This document shows positions 7,063-16,545 of a stretch of 53,279 nucleotides of DNA, in pieces. Location of the stretch: the IMG/VR virus record IMGVR_UViG_3300017705_001145, positions 1 to 53,279 of that record. The stretch is one strand, 5' to 3'. Numbering within the stretch: position 1 is the first letter of the stretch; each line of letters opens with the position of its first letter. The stretch comes from a virus (taxonomy: Duplodnaviria; Caudoviricetes). Below the pieces are notes generated by a model that was given only the letters and a program-made list of their open reading frames with translations, made no database searches and was not told where the DNA came from. The position numbers and the translations under genes are program-made.

Positions 7063-8391
7063 ATGATTGAGAAATTTATGGCTAAAAAAATTTATGTTTT
7101 AGACACAAGCGTTTGCTTAACAGATTCCCATTCTCTCCTTTCTTTTGAAAATAATGACATTGTGTTACCCCTCAAAGTCCTAGAAGAGATAGATAATCAC
7201 AAAAAACGCCAAGATAGTGTTGGAGCCAATGCGCGAGAGGTTATTCGAAAGCTCGATAGTTTGCGAGAAACCGGCAGTCTTTATAAAGGTGTGCGAATTA
7301 GTGACGACAAAGGAAAAATATATGTTAAGCTATGCAAGAGAGAAAACCTTCCGGATGATTTAGATCTTTCCATACCAGATAATGAAATAATCGCCGTCGC
7401 TATTAATCAAAAAGAAGAATATCCTCGAAAAAAAGTAATCGTCGTTACTCGTGATATTAACATGAGGGTGAAGTGTGATGCCCTCGGTTTGATAACAGAG
7501 GATTATCAATCCAATCAAGTAGTACAGGATTCAAATCACCTTTATACTGGATTCGTTGAGCATTTGGTGGACGATCCAAAATTAGATTTGTTTTACAGTG
7601 ACGAAGATATTTTTATAGAAGAAGAAGAGCTAACGTTAATGCCGAATCAATTTGTGATGTTAGTTTCAAATCAAAACGACAAGAAAACGGGGTTGGCCAA
7701 GTTTATTAATTACAACACACCTTTAAAGCGCCTCAATGGTAAATACAAACAGGGCATATGGGGAGTAAAGCCTAGAAACAAAGAACAAATATTTGCCTTA
7801 AGTCTTCTCAAAGATAAAAATGTTGATATAGTAACGTTGGTTGGCAAAGCCGGTTCGGGAAAAACACTCCTCGCAACCGCCGCCGGATTACAACAAGTCA
7901 TGGAATCTCAAGAATACCGTAGACTGGTTATTTCGCGCCCGATACAGCCAATGGGCAAGGATATCGGTTTTTTACCCGGAACAATGGAAGAGAAAATGGC
8001 GCCTTGGGTAGCGCCCATCCAAGATAACCTTAGATTTCTTATGGGCAATGATCGCGAAAATCTTAAGATGTACATGGATAACGGAACAATTGAAATAGAA
8101 GTATTAACTTACATCAGAGGCCGCTCAATATCAGATGCATATATTATAATTGATGAAGCTCAGAATCTAACAGCGCATGAACTAAAAACCATCTTAACTA
8201 GAGTGGGCGAAAATACTAAAATTGTACTTACCGGAGACATCGAGCAAATTGATAACGTATATATTGACGAAACCTCCAATGGTTTAACTCATGCTGTCGA
8301 AAAATTCAAATCATATGACCTTTCAGGTCATGTAACACTAATTAAAGGCGAGCGTTCCAAGATCGCAACACTCGCTTCAAAAATACTTTAA
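7063..8391 (+). CDS. phoH: PIN-PhoH fusion protein (PhoH2/YlaK-like); start may be 7078
   Basis: PIN motifs YVLDTS, VLEEID, PDNEI and VTRDINMRVK; PhoH motifs GKAGSGKT, ISRP, GFLPG, IRGRS, IIIDEAQN and GDIEQID. Confidence 0.93.
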   Translation: MIEKFMAKKIYVLDTSVCLTDSHSLLSFENNDIVLPLKVLEEIDNHKKRQDSVGANAREVIRKLDSLRETGSLYKGVRISDDKGKIYVKLCKRENLPDDLDLSIPDNEIIAVAINQKEEYPRKKVIVVTRDINMRVKCDALGLITEDYQSNQVVQDSNHLYTGFVEHLVDDPKLDLFYSDEDIFIEEEELTLMPNQFVMLVSNQNDKKTGLAKFINYNTPLKRLNGKYKQGIWGVKPRNKEQIFALSLLKDKNVDIVTLVGKAGSGKTLLATAAGLQQVMESQEYRRLVISRPIQPMGKDIGFLPGTMEEKMAPWVAPIQDNLRFLMGNDRENLKMYMDNGTIEIEVLTYIRGRSISDAYIIIDEAQNLTAHELKTILTRVGENTKIVLTGDIEQIDNVYIDETSNGLTHAVEKFKSYDLSGHVTLIKGERSKIATLASKIL

Positions 8392-8392
8392 A

Positions 8393-8421
8393 TTTAAATA
8401 TATTTGTCGTTGTGGTATTAT
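8393..8421 (+). promoter_or_regulatory. Putative sigma70-like extended -10 promoter
   Basis: TTTAAA (8393-8398), 17 nt, TGG-TATTAT (-10 at 8416-8421), then AGGAGA RBS and ATG at 8441. Confidence 0.55.
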
Positions 8422-8440
8422 ACATGTACAGGAGATATCT

Positions 8441-8716
8441 ATGAAAAATAAAATCGATGAAAATCCGGACCTTTTTAAAGTTGTAGGCAAGGAAAATGAT
8501 TTAAAAGAATTGTTAGTAGAATATGTTGGAGATAAAATCAAGCCCGAAAATAACGAAGTAACAGTAGAAATGGTTATTGAAGTAATGTCGGTAGATTTTC
8601 CGGAAATCCTTTTAGTTATAGCAGAAGAAAACTTTGTTCGCGGTTATCAACAAGCGATATACGACGTCGATAATTTAGATCCAAAAGAAGCGACGTCCAT
8701 CATTAAAAATAAATGA
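8441..8716 (+). CDS. Hypothetical phage protein
   Basis: 91-aa ORF with a strong RBS; AEENFVRGYQQA helix. Confidence 0.75.
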   Translation: MKNKIDENPDLFKVVGKENDLKELLVEYVGDKIKPENNEVTVEMVIEVMSVDFPEILLVIAEENFVRGYQQAIYDVDNLDPKEATSIIKNK

Positions 8717-9363
8717 AATCATACATTGTAGAATCAGCCAAGGCTGCTAAACAAACAACATTGTTTGGGAAACCGGTATCTATAGTACACCCTTTCACAA
8801 ATAAGCTAGATTTTGATTCAGTTATACGCCATATAGAAGAAAAGCTTCCCGAGCCTCTTGCTGCTAATTTTGAGGGGATTTATGTGGGAAAATTTAAGGA
8901 TGTACCCTTCAACGCGCTGTTTAAGGATGGCGTTATATATGTAACCAATGATCAAGATAATGAAGTTGATTTATTAGACGATATTATACATGAAATCGCA
9001 CACTCTCTCGAAGAAACGAACGATGATCTAATCTATAGTGATCAGCAGCTAGAAACAGAATTCTTATCAAAGCGCAGAAGAATGCATTATTTAGTTGACA
9101 AGTCGACGATGAATATGGTATACTATTTAAGTCCTGATTATCAAGCCAACTTTGATGATCATTTACATAGAGAATTAGGATACGATTATTTGCGGACATT
9201 AACATCAAACCTATTTTATTCACCATATGCTATTACTTCTTTGCGTGAATATTGGGCTAACGGTTTTGAAAACTATTTATTAGGCGATAAACGAAAGCTT
9301 AAAGACTTAAGTCCGGTTTTATATAGCAAGATAGAACAAATATTTGATAATGTAAAGGAATAA
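8713..9363 (+). CDS. Zincin-like metallopeptidase
   Basis: IIHEIAH (HExxH) and downstream REYWANGFE carrying a third-ligand Glu. Confidence 0.7.
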   Translation: MKSYIVESAKAAKQTTLFGKPVSIVHPFTNKLDFDSVIRHIEEKLPEPLAANFEGIYVGKFKDVPFNALFKDGVIYVTNDQDNEVDLLDDIIHEIAHSLEETNDDLIYSDQQLETEFLSKRRRMHYLVDKSTMNMVYYLSPDYQANFDDHLHRELGYDYLRTLTSNLFYSPYAITSLREYWANGFENYLLGDKRKLKDLSPVLYSKIEQIFDNVKE

Positions 9364-9367
9364 AACA

Positions 9368-9769
9368 ATGCAAGTCAAAATAGAAAAAAAAGGCCATAAG
9401 TTGCATGCATATGTGACGGTAATACCGAGAAGACGCGATCATAAAATGATTAGCTATAAAACACAAGACGTTTTGGATTGGATAAAAGAGAATGCGAAGC
9501 AATACAATTTGGAAAAAGCTAAATTACTGAAAGCGCCAACCGTTCATAATGGTTTGGGGCCAAAATATCTCTCCGGAGAATGGATTTTTGAATTAGAACA
9601 GCCCACTACCAAACCAGCACCACAAAAAACCACACAGAAAAAAGCCGCAGCAAAAAAAGAAACTATATCATTAACCGATGCGCTAGTTGAAGCTGCGCCC
9701 ACAACTCAAAAAACTTCTTATGCTAGCAAATCAAAAAAGAAACGTAAGAGTACAAAAACAGAGGTGTAG
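9368..9769 (+). CDS. Hypothetical protein with Lys/Thr/Ala-rich basic tail
   Basis: 133-aa ORF with an AAGGA RBS. Confidence 0.7.
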   Translation: MQVKIEKKGHKLHAYVTVIPRRRDHKMISYKTQDVLDWIKENAKQYNLEKAKLLKAPTVHNGLGPKYLSGEWIFELEQPTTKPAPQKTTQKKAAAKKETISLTDALVEAAPTTQKTSYASKSKKKRKSTKTEV

Positions 9770-10552
9770 ATGTCCCACATATCTTATTCAGAATTAAAAA
9801 CATGGGTGGAGTGCGCATGGAAGCACAAACTCAACTATATTGAAAGAATTAGCCCATTCAAAGGTAATGAATACACCGCCTTTGGTACAGCTTTACACAC
9901 AGTTTGTGAAAACTTAGTACTTGAAAAAGAAGTCAATTTAAAAACCCTCTTTCAAGAAGAATTTTTAAACAATCTTACAATTCTTAAAAAAGGAGACCCA
10001 GATCTTCAATTTAAAGCCGATTTGATCAGTCAAATGCGAGTGCAAGGAGATCAAATAATAGAACACATCCTTCCGGCGCTAAAACAGTACTTTGGCAACT
10101 TTAAATTGATTGAGGTAGAAGAAAAGCTATTCGAAGATATAGAAGAAAAAGACTATAATTTCAAAGGCTTCATCGACCTTGTGATTCAAACAAAAGACGA
10201 AAAATATCACATTATTGATTGGAAAACATGTTCTTGGGGCTGGGATTCTAGAAAAAAATCTGATAAGATGATTACCTATCAACTTACTCTTTATAAACAC
10301 TTTTGGTGTATAAAGCACAACGTCGACCCGATATCGGTACAAACTCATTTTGCTCTTCTCAAGAGAACCGCTAAAAACAATCTAGTAGAAATCTTTAAAG
10401 TTTCCAGTGGCGCAAAAAAAACCGAGAACGCCCTTAAATTATTAAATAAAGCGATATATAATATTAAAAGAAAAAGCCATATCAAAAACAAACTATCGTG
10501 TCATGGAAGATATGGTACATGCGAGTTTTATAAAACAGAACACTGTCCTTGA
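9770..10552 (+). CDS. Cas4-like/RecB-family PD-(D/E)xK exonuclease with a 4-Cys (Fe-S) staple
   Basis: ISYSELKTWVEC, GTALH, E..L, KGFIDL, IIDWKT, YQLTLY and C-terminal CHGRYGTCEFYKTEHC. Confidence 0.85.
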   Translation: MSHISYSELKTWVECAWKHKLNYIERISPFKGNEYTAFGTALHTVCENLVLEKEVNLKTLFQEEFLNNLTILKKGDPDLQFKADLISQMRVQGDQIIEHILPALKQYFGNFKLIEVEEKLFEDIEEKDYNFKGFIDLVIQTKDEKYHIIDWKTCSWGWDSRKKSDKMITYQLTLYKHFWCIKHNVDPISVQTHFALLKRTAKNNLVEIFKVSSGAKKTENALKLLNKAIYNIKRKSHIKNKLSCHGRYGTCEFYKTEHCP

Positions 10553-10559
10553 GGTTAAA

Positions 10560-11828
10560 ATGAAAAAAATTAAAATTCTTACAATATCGGATATGCCGTT
10601 ATCACCTAGCGGCGTCGGTACTCAAACAAAATATATTTGTGATGCCCTTCTAAACACAGGAAAATTTCAAATTGTTAGTTTGGGCGGCGCCATCAAACAC
10701 CCATCTTATCAGCCGATCAAAACAGATAAATATGGAGATGATTGGGTCATTCTTCCAGTCGATGGATATGGTAACCAAGAAATGTTGCGCTCTATTATTA
10801 GACAAGAAAAGCCGGATATTTTATGGTTTATGACCGATCCACGTTTTTGGGGATGGTTATGGGAAATGGAAAACGAGATTAGGCCTCTCATGCCGATGGT
10901 GTATTATCATGTTTGGGATAACTATCCATATCCTACATATAATAAAAAATTCTACGATTCCAATGACTTTGTTGCATGTATTTCGAAGGTCACTGCTGAT
11001 ATTGTTAAAAATGTCTCACCGGATGTAAAATCGGAATATGTGCCGCACGCAGTCGATGGGAATATTTTTAAACCGGCCGAAGACCTAGAAATGGTAGAAA
11101 ATTTCAAGAAGCAAGTTTTCGGGGATCTTTACGATCCAGAAAAATTTGTTTTCTTTTGGAACAACAGAAACGCCCGGCGAAAGCAAAGCGGTTCATTAAT
11201 CTTTTGGTTCAACGATTTTCTTAAAAAAGTAGGTAAAGATAAAGCCTGTTTAGTAATGCACACAGAAGTAAAAGATCAGCATGGACAAGATCTGCAGGCT
11301 ATTATAGAAGAATTGGGCTTAACAAACGGAGAGGTGCTTTTTAGTCAAGTAAAAGTAGATCTTCCCAAACTAGCACTAATGTACAATATTTCCGATTGTA
11401 CTATTAATATTTCTGACGCAGAAGGCTTTGGCCTCGCAACTCTAGAATCCCTTTCTTCCGGTACTCCCATTATTGTTAATATGACTGGCGGCCTTCAAGA
11501 GCAAGTAACAGACGGCGAAAATTGGTTCGGAATTGGATTAGAACCAGCTTCTAAAGCAGTAATTGGTTCTCAAAATATCCCATGGATATATGAGGATAGA
11601 TTAGACGGCAAGACTGTTACTCAAGCCATGGAAGACGTCTATTCCATGAGTAAAGAAGAACGAGAAGCGATGGGCCTTTTAGGGCGCGAACATGTTATGA
11701 AAAATTATAATTTTGAAGATTTTAATAAAAGGTGGATTGATTTGCTAACAAACCTTCATGAAGAAGAAGGTTCATGGGAGACTAGAAAGGATCGAACCAC
11801 ATGGGTATTAAAGGAGATATCTGCATGA
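10560..11828 (+). CDS. Glycosyltransferase, GT4/GT-B family (start reassigned from 10503)
   Basis: ILTISD..PSGVG, NRNARRK, SDAEGFGLATLESLSSGTPII; GAGG RBS before ATG 10560. Confidence 0.9.
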   Translation: MKKIKILTISDMPLSPSGVGTQTKYICDALLNTGKFQIVSLGGAIKHPSYQPIKTDKYGDDWVILPVDGYGNQEMLRSIIRQEKPDILWFMTDPRFWGWLWEMENEIRPLMPMVYYHVWDNYPYPTYNKKFYDSNDFVACISKVTADIVKNVSPDVKSEYVPHAVDGNIFKPAEDLEMVENFKKQVFGDLYDPEKFVFFWNNRNARRKQSGSLIFWFNDFLKKVGKDKACLVMHTEVKDQHGQDLQAIIEELGLTNGEVLFSQVKVDLPKLALMYNISDCTINISDAEGFGLATLESLSSGTPIIVNMTGGLQEQVTDGENWFGIGLEPASKAVIGSQNIPWIYEDRLDGKTVTQAMEDVYSMSKEEREAMGLLGREHVMKNYNFEDFNKRWIDLLTNLHEEEGSWETRKDRTTWVLKEISA

Positions 11829-13072
11829 AAGTTTTAGTAAGAGGACCAGCATTAACACGTACAGGATACGGAGAACATTGCCGTTTTGTGCTTCGAGCTT
11901 TAAGAGAAGTAGAAGATCTAGATATCTATCTAATACCGGTAAATTGGGGTCAATCCAGCTGGGTTTGGGAAGATAACGAAGAAAGACGATGGATGGATGA
12001 AATTATCAAAAAGACCGCGATGCATAATCAAGCCAAAGGTCAATATGATATGAGTATTCAAGTTACTATTCCTAACGAATGGGAACGAATGGCCCCAATT
12101 AATATTGGCGTAACTGCGGGAATTGAAACTACCAAGATCGCACCACAATGGATTGCGAAAGCCAACGAAATGGATAAAGTTATCACGATCTCCGAACATT
12201 CTAAGCAAACTTTCGTTAATACAGTTTACGAAGGGACCAACCAAAATACCGGCAAAGTAGGATATCTTAAATGTACAAAAGAAGTGGATATAGTCCACTA
12301 TCCCGTCAAACATTATGATGAAATCGATTTGGACTTGGATTTCACAACAGAATTTAATTATCTCACAGTTGCTCAATGGGGTCCAAGAAAAAATATTATT
12401 AATACTGTTTTATGGTTTGTTGAAGAATTTATCGACAATCCGGATGTTGGCTTGGTTGTAAAAACATTTGCCAAAGGCGGCTCTATTATTGATAGACTTG
12501 AAGCAGAAAAACAACTTAATAACTTTTTAAAGAAATACGAACATAGAAAATGTAAAGTTTATCTCCTTCATGGAGACTTGACGGATCAGGAAATGCACTC
12601 TCTTTATAAACACCCAAAAATCAAAGCCTTAGTATCTTTAACTCATGGAGAAGGCTTTGGCCTCCCATTATTTGAAGCAGCTTATTCAGGACTGCCCGTT
12701 GTCGCGACAGATTGGAGCGGACACCTTGATTTCCTTTACGTGCCTGTAAAGGACAAAAAGAACAAGGACAAAGAAAAATATAAAGCTCACTATGGTAAAG
12801 TTGATTACGACCTACAACCTGTACAGAAAACAGCGGTTTGGGATGGGGTTGTTCAAGAAGACTCGATGTGGGCATATGCACAGCAAGGCTCATATAAAAT
12901 GAAGCTTCGCGAAGTTTACAAAGAACATGGGCGATTTTTGAAGCAAGCTAAAGCACTTCAAAAATGGATCCTAAAGAATTTCACCGCAGAACAACAGTAT
13001 GCAGCGTTTAATGATCACGTAAAAAAATATATTGTAGAAGAAGTCAGTGAAGAAATTCAGGTATATGTGTGA
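11825..13072 (+). CDS. Glycosyltransferase, GT4/GT-B family (start reassigned from 11801)
   Basis: TGYGEH, RKN, HGEGFGLPLFEAAYSGLPVVATDWSGHLDF; AAGGAG RBS before ATG 11825. Confidence 0.9.
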   Translation: MKVLVRGPALTRTGYGEHCRFVLRALREVEDLDIYLIPVNWGQSSWVWEDNEERRWMDEIIKKTAMHNQAKGQYDMSIQVTIPNEWERMAPINIGVTAGIETTKIAPQWIAKANEMDKVITISEHSKQTFVNTVYEGTNQNTGKVGYLKCTKEVDIVHYPVKHYDEIDLDLDFTTEFNYLTVAQWGPRKNIINTVLWFVEEFIDNPDVGLVVKTFAKGGSIIDRLEAEKQLNNFLKKYEHRKCKVYLLHGDLTDQEMHSLYKHPKIKALVSLTHGEGFGLPLFEAAYSGLPVVATDWSGHLDFLYVPVKDKKNKDKEKYKAHYGKVDYDLQPVQKTAVWDGVVQEDSMWAYAQQGSYKMKLREVYKEHGRFLKQAKALQKWILKNFTAEQQYAAFNDHVKKYIVEEVSEEIQVYV

Positions 13073-14706
13073 AATTCTTAATAGTAGCAGACGTCTTATC
13101 TAGCGAATTATTAGGCGGCGGCGAAATAAATAACAAAATTCTCTGTGATGAATTAAATAGCAGAGGATATATATCTCAAGAAGTAAAGTCTACTTCCGTT
13201 ACCCCACAATTTATACAAAACAACATAGATAATTATTTTATTGTTTCTAATTTTGTTTTGCTCTCCAAAGAGTCTCGAGAAGAATTAAGAAAAGCAAAGT
13301 ACGTTATTTATGAGCATGATCATAAGTATCTTCCGAATAGAAACCCGAGATCCTACAGAAACTACCGCGCCCCTTCATCAGCAATAATCAACAAGGACTT
13401 TTATAAAAATGCAATCGCCATTCTGTGTCAAAGCAAAGCCCACAGTATGATATTAAAAAATAATCTTTTTTTAGACAACGTTAAAAACTTAGGCGGCAAT
13501 CTTTGGACTGATTATCACTTTGATTTATTAGAAAAAAAAATAAACATTGAGAAGGTCGATAGATTTTCAATCATGGATTCTAAAATAGGCCACAAGAATA
13601 CAAAAGGGTCTGTTAAATATTGTGAACAAAGAAATGCAGACTATCAACTAATATCTTCCGATACGTATGAAGAGTTTTTAAACATGCTAGGTTCGAACTC
13701 AAAATTTTGTTTTTTCCCGAAAGTACCAGAAACTTTTAGTAGGGTAGTATTAGAAGCTAGAATGATGGGTGTAGAAGTTCACACAAATAATCGTGTTGGA
13801 GCAGCAAGCGAAGATTGGTTTTATTTAAAAAAAGGTGAATTGATCACAAAAATGAAAGAAATACGTGATAAAACGATCAATACCTTAGTTGAACTGTTTA
13901 CTGACGAGAAAACTATAAAACTATATGATTATGAGTATAATTCTACTCCAAAAGTTAGTTTAGTCACGTCACTTTATAAAGGTGATCAGTACATAGAAAG
14001 ATTTTTGGAAAACATGACCGAACAAAGCATCTTTGAGCATGCTGAACTGATTATAATTAATGCTAATTCTCCCGGTAACGAAGACGAAATCATTAATGAA
14101 TACTGTGAAAGATACAATAATATAAAATATAAAAAACTGGATTATGACCCGGGCATATATGGATGTTGGAATATAGGCATCGAAATGGCAAAGGGTGAAT
14201 ATATTTCCAATGCTAATTTAGATGATGTTAGATCATTACAACAATTAGAAATTCTCGTAAAGGAATTAGATTTAAACAACGATATTGATTTAGTATACTC
14301 AGAATGCTTTTTAACAAAAAACCCCAACGAAACTTACGAAAATAATTCGTCTAATGGCCAAGTATACCCGATTACGGATTTTAGCGCTGAAAACATGATA
14401 AAATGTTTACCCGGTTGCATGCCTGTTTGGAGAAAGTCCATGCATGATAATATTGGACTATTTGATAATCAGTATGCTTCCGCTGGAGATTGGGAAATGT
14501 GGTTAAGGGCGGTTAAGAACGGTTCGAGCTTTAAAAAAATAGAAGGCATTTATGGCCTCTATTATATGAACCCAGAGGGACTATCAACAGACCCGAAAAA
14601 ACAAAAAGAAAAGTTCAAAGAAGAAAAACTAGTTTTCAATAAATACAAAAAGTTATTTGGCGTTGAAAATATAAAAAAATATAAGGTATACTTTGAACAG
14701 AAGTAG
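13069..14706 (+). CDS. Bifunctional glycosyltransferase (GT-B-like N-terminus plus GT2 C-terminus)
   Basis: N-terminal LGGGEI...PETFSRVVLEARMMG; C-terminal PKVSLVTSLY, NANSP, NANLDD, AGDWEMWLR; GTG start. Confidence 0.85.
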   Translation: MKFLIVADVLSSELLGGGEINNKILCDELNSRGYISQEVKSTSVTPQFIQNNIDNYFIVSNFVLLSKESREELRKAKYVIYEHDHKYLPNRNPRSYRNYRAPSSAIINKDFYKNAIAILCQSKAHSMILKNNLFLDNVKNLGGNLWTDYHFDLLEKKINIEKVDRFSIMDSKIGHKNTKGSVKYCEQRNADYQLISSDTYEEFLNMLGSNSKFCFFPKVPETFSRVVLEARMMGVEVHTNNRVGAASEDWFYLKKGELITKMKEIRDKTINTLVELFTDEKTIKLYDYEYNSTPKVSLVTSLYKGDQYIERFLENMTEQSIFEHAELIIINANSPGNEDEIINEYCERYNNIKYKKLDYDPGIYGCWNIGIEMAKGEYISNANLDDVRSLQQLEILVKELDLNNDIDLVYSECFLTKNPNETYENNSSNGQVYPITDFSAENMIKCLPGCMPVWRKSMHDNIGLFDNQYASAGDWEMWLRAVKNGSSFKKIEGIYGLYYMNPEGLSTDPKKQKEKFKEEKLVFNKYKKLFGVENIKKYKVYFEQK

Positions 14707-14719
14707 GAGGAGTTGATTC

Positions 14720-15628
14720 ATGAAATTCGTCGTTACCGGTGGAAGAGGTTTTATTGGAAGTCACTTTGTAGAAGCTGCCCTTGAAAAAGGGCATAGCGTT
14801 TTTGATATAGATAAAATGACTTATGCTGCTCATAAAACTTTACCGTGGGACAATCATCCGCACTATAAGCTTATTATGGACGATATACAAAATATAACGC
14901 ACCTCCCTCCGTGCGACATAGTAATTAATTTTGCAGCAGAAAGCCACGTCGATAACTCCATTTCGTCTTCAAAAACTTTTGTAGAAAGCAACATTGTCGG
15001 TACACACAATCTTTTAGAGTTAGTTCGTGGGAAGGCATATGAAAGACCATTGTTCTTTCAAATAAGCACGGATGAAGTATATGGAGATACTCCGATTAAA
15101 AGTGATGCTTTTTCTGAAACAGATATGTTGCTCCCTAGTAATCCTTATTCTGCGTCGAAGGCTGCAGCCGAAATGTTGATACTTTCTTATGCAAGGACTT
15201 ATGGGGTTAAATATATTATTACGAGAAGTAGTAATAATTATGGCCACCGGCAATATGAAGAAAAACTAGTTGCCAAGTGCATAAGCTGTTTTAAAGAGAA
15301 AAAACGAATACCTCTCCATGGTTCAGGCAATTATATGAGAGACTGGATTTATGTAGAGGATAATATCGCTGCGATCTTTAGTCTAATCGAATCAGACATC
15401 GCAAATGAAACGTTTAATATCGCCGCAGGCAACGAGCTAAAGAACATAGACATTGTTAAAGAAATAATGAAGTGGTTTGATCTTGACGAAGAGAAGTGGG
15501 AAGATCATGTTAACTTTGTTGATGATCGCTTGGGTCAAGACACACGCTATGCACTAAATTGTGAGAAGATACAGTCTTCTACAGCTTGGAGGCAATCCAA
15601 AAGCAGAGGCCTTAAAAAGCTCATATGA
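14720..15628 (+). CDS. rfbB: dTDP-glucose 4,6-dehydratase
   Basis: VTGGRGFIG, FAAESHVDNSI, ISTDEVYG, PYSASKAA, SNNYG, RDWIYVED, DRLGQDTRYA. Confidence 0.93.
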   Translation: MKFVVTGGRGFIGSHFVEAALEKGHSVFDIDKMTYAAHKTLPWDNHPHYKLIMDDIQNITHLPPCDIVINFAAESHVDNSISSSKTFVESNIVGTHNLLELVRGKAYERPLFFQISTDEVYGDTPIKSDAFSETDMLLPSNPYSASKAAAEMLILSYARTYGVKYIITRSSNNYGHRQYEEKLVAKCISCFKEKKRIPLHGSGNYMRDWIYVEDNIAAIFSLIESDIANETFNIAAGNELKNIDIVKEIMKWFDLDEEKWEDHVNFVDDRLGQDTRYALNCEKIQSSTAWRQSKSRGLKKLI

Positions 15629-16545
15629 GGCATTATTGCACAATATCAGATAAAGAATACCTCCTCTGCGCATTGACTCTTCACGATTCAATGTTAGAAA
15701 ACGAAAAAGAAGAGTTCAGGCTTTATTTTTTATGTTTGGATGATTATACTTATAGCTTTCTTCAAGAGAAAAAATTAAAAAATATTATTCCTTTCCATAT
15801 CAAAGACATTGAGAACCAAGACTTTAAACTAAAAAGCTCCTATTACAATGCCCCGAGCATTGAAGCTTCGGAGAGCGCCAAAAATAAACAAAAGAGCGCG
15901 CACTATATTCAATATTGTTGGTCTCTAGCGCCATATTTTTCTTGGTATCTTTTGATGAATAAAAAAACAGATCATATAGTATATGTCGACTCGGACATTG
16001 TTTTTTACAAAGATATGAAGGGACTTTACAGTGAGGTTGGTGAAAAAAGTGTTGGGATCGTTAGACATAGAATTGATTATCAGGAAAGCTCCGGAGAATA
16101 TAACGTCGGTATTGTATATTTTAAAAATGACGAGATTGGTAAAAAATGCTTAAGCTGGTGGAAGAACATACTTTTAGAGCCAAACAATCCTTATTATAAA
16201 ACTCATGGTATGTGTGGCGACCAAAAATATTTAGAACTTTTTGAACCACTTTTTGGAACTAACAATGTTTGTATTGTCGATAAAACTGTGGGTCACTTGG
16301 CCCCATGGAATGTTACTTATCACAAGTATCATAACGGAAAAATAATTTGGGAAGAACAAGAGCAAGACTTATATTACTTTCATTTTGCGCACTTTGTTCC
16401 TTATTTTGAAAGAAATACGTATAGGACATCATATAAGAATGAGTGGGTTTGGGGCGAACCAGCAGCATCAAATGAGTTTGTTAAACAAAAATATGATGGC
16501 TATTTCATAAAAATGAAAAATATCAAAAATAGGATGGGACTATGA
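15625..16545 (+). CDS. Putative GT-A fold glycosyltransferase
   Basis: YVDSD (DxD), YNVG, GDQKYL, LAPWN, YYFHF. Confidence 0.75.
   Translation: MRHYCTISDKEYLLCALTLHDSMLENEKEEFRLYFLCLDDYTYSFLQEKKLKNIIPFHIKDIENQDFKLKSSYYNAPSIEASESAKNKQKSAHYIQYCWSLAPYFSWYLLMNKKTDHIVYVDSDIVFYKDMKGLYSEVGEKSVGIVRHRIDYQESSGEYNVGIVYFKNDEIGKKCLSWWKNILLEPNNPYYKTHGMCGDQKYLELFEPLFGTNNVCIVDKTVGHLAPWNVTYHKYHNGKIIWEEQEQDLYYFHFAHFVPYFERNTYRTSYKNEWVWGEPAASNEFVKQKYDGYFIKMKNIKNRMGL

Noticed and set aside
9770-10552. Cas4-like gene as evidence of a CRISPR-Cas system
   Set aside because: No repeat-spacer array or other cas genes are visible; solo Cas4-like nucleases are common in phages
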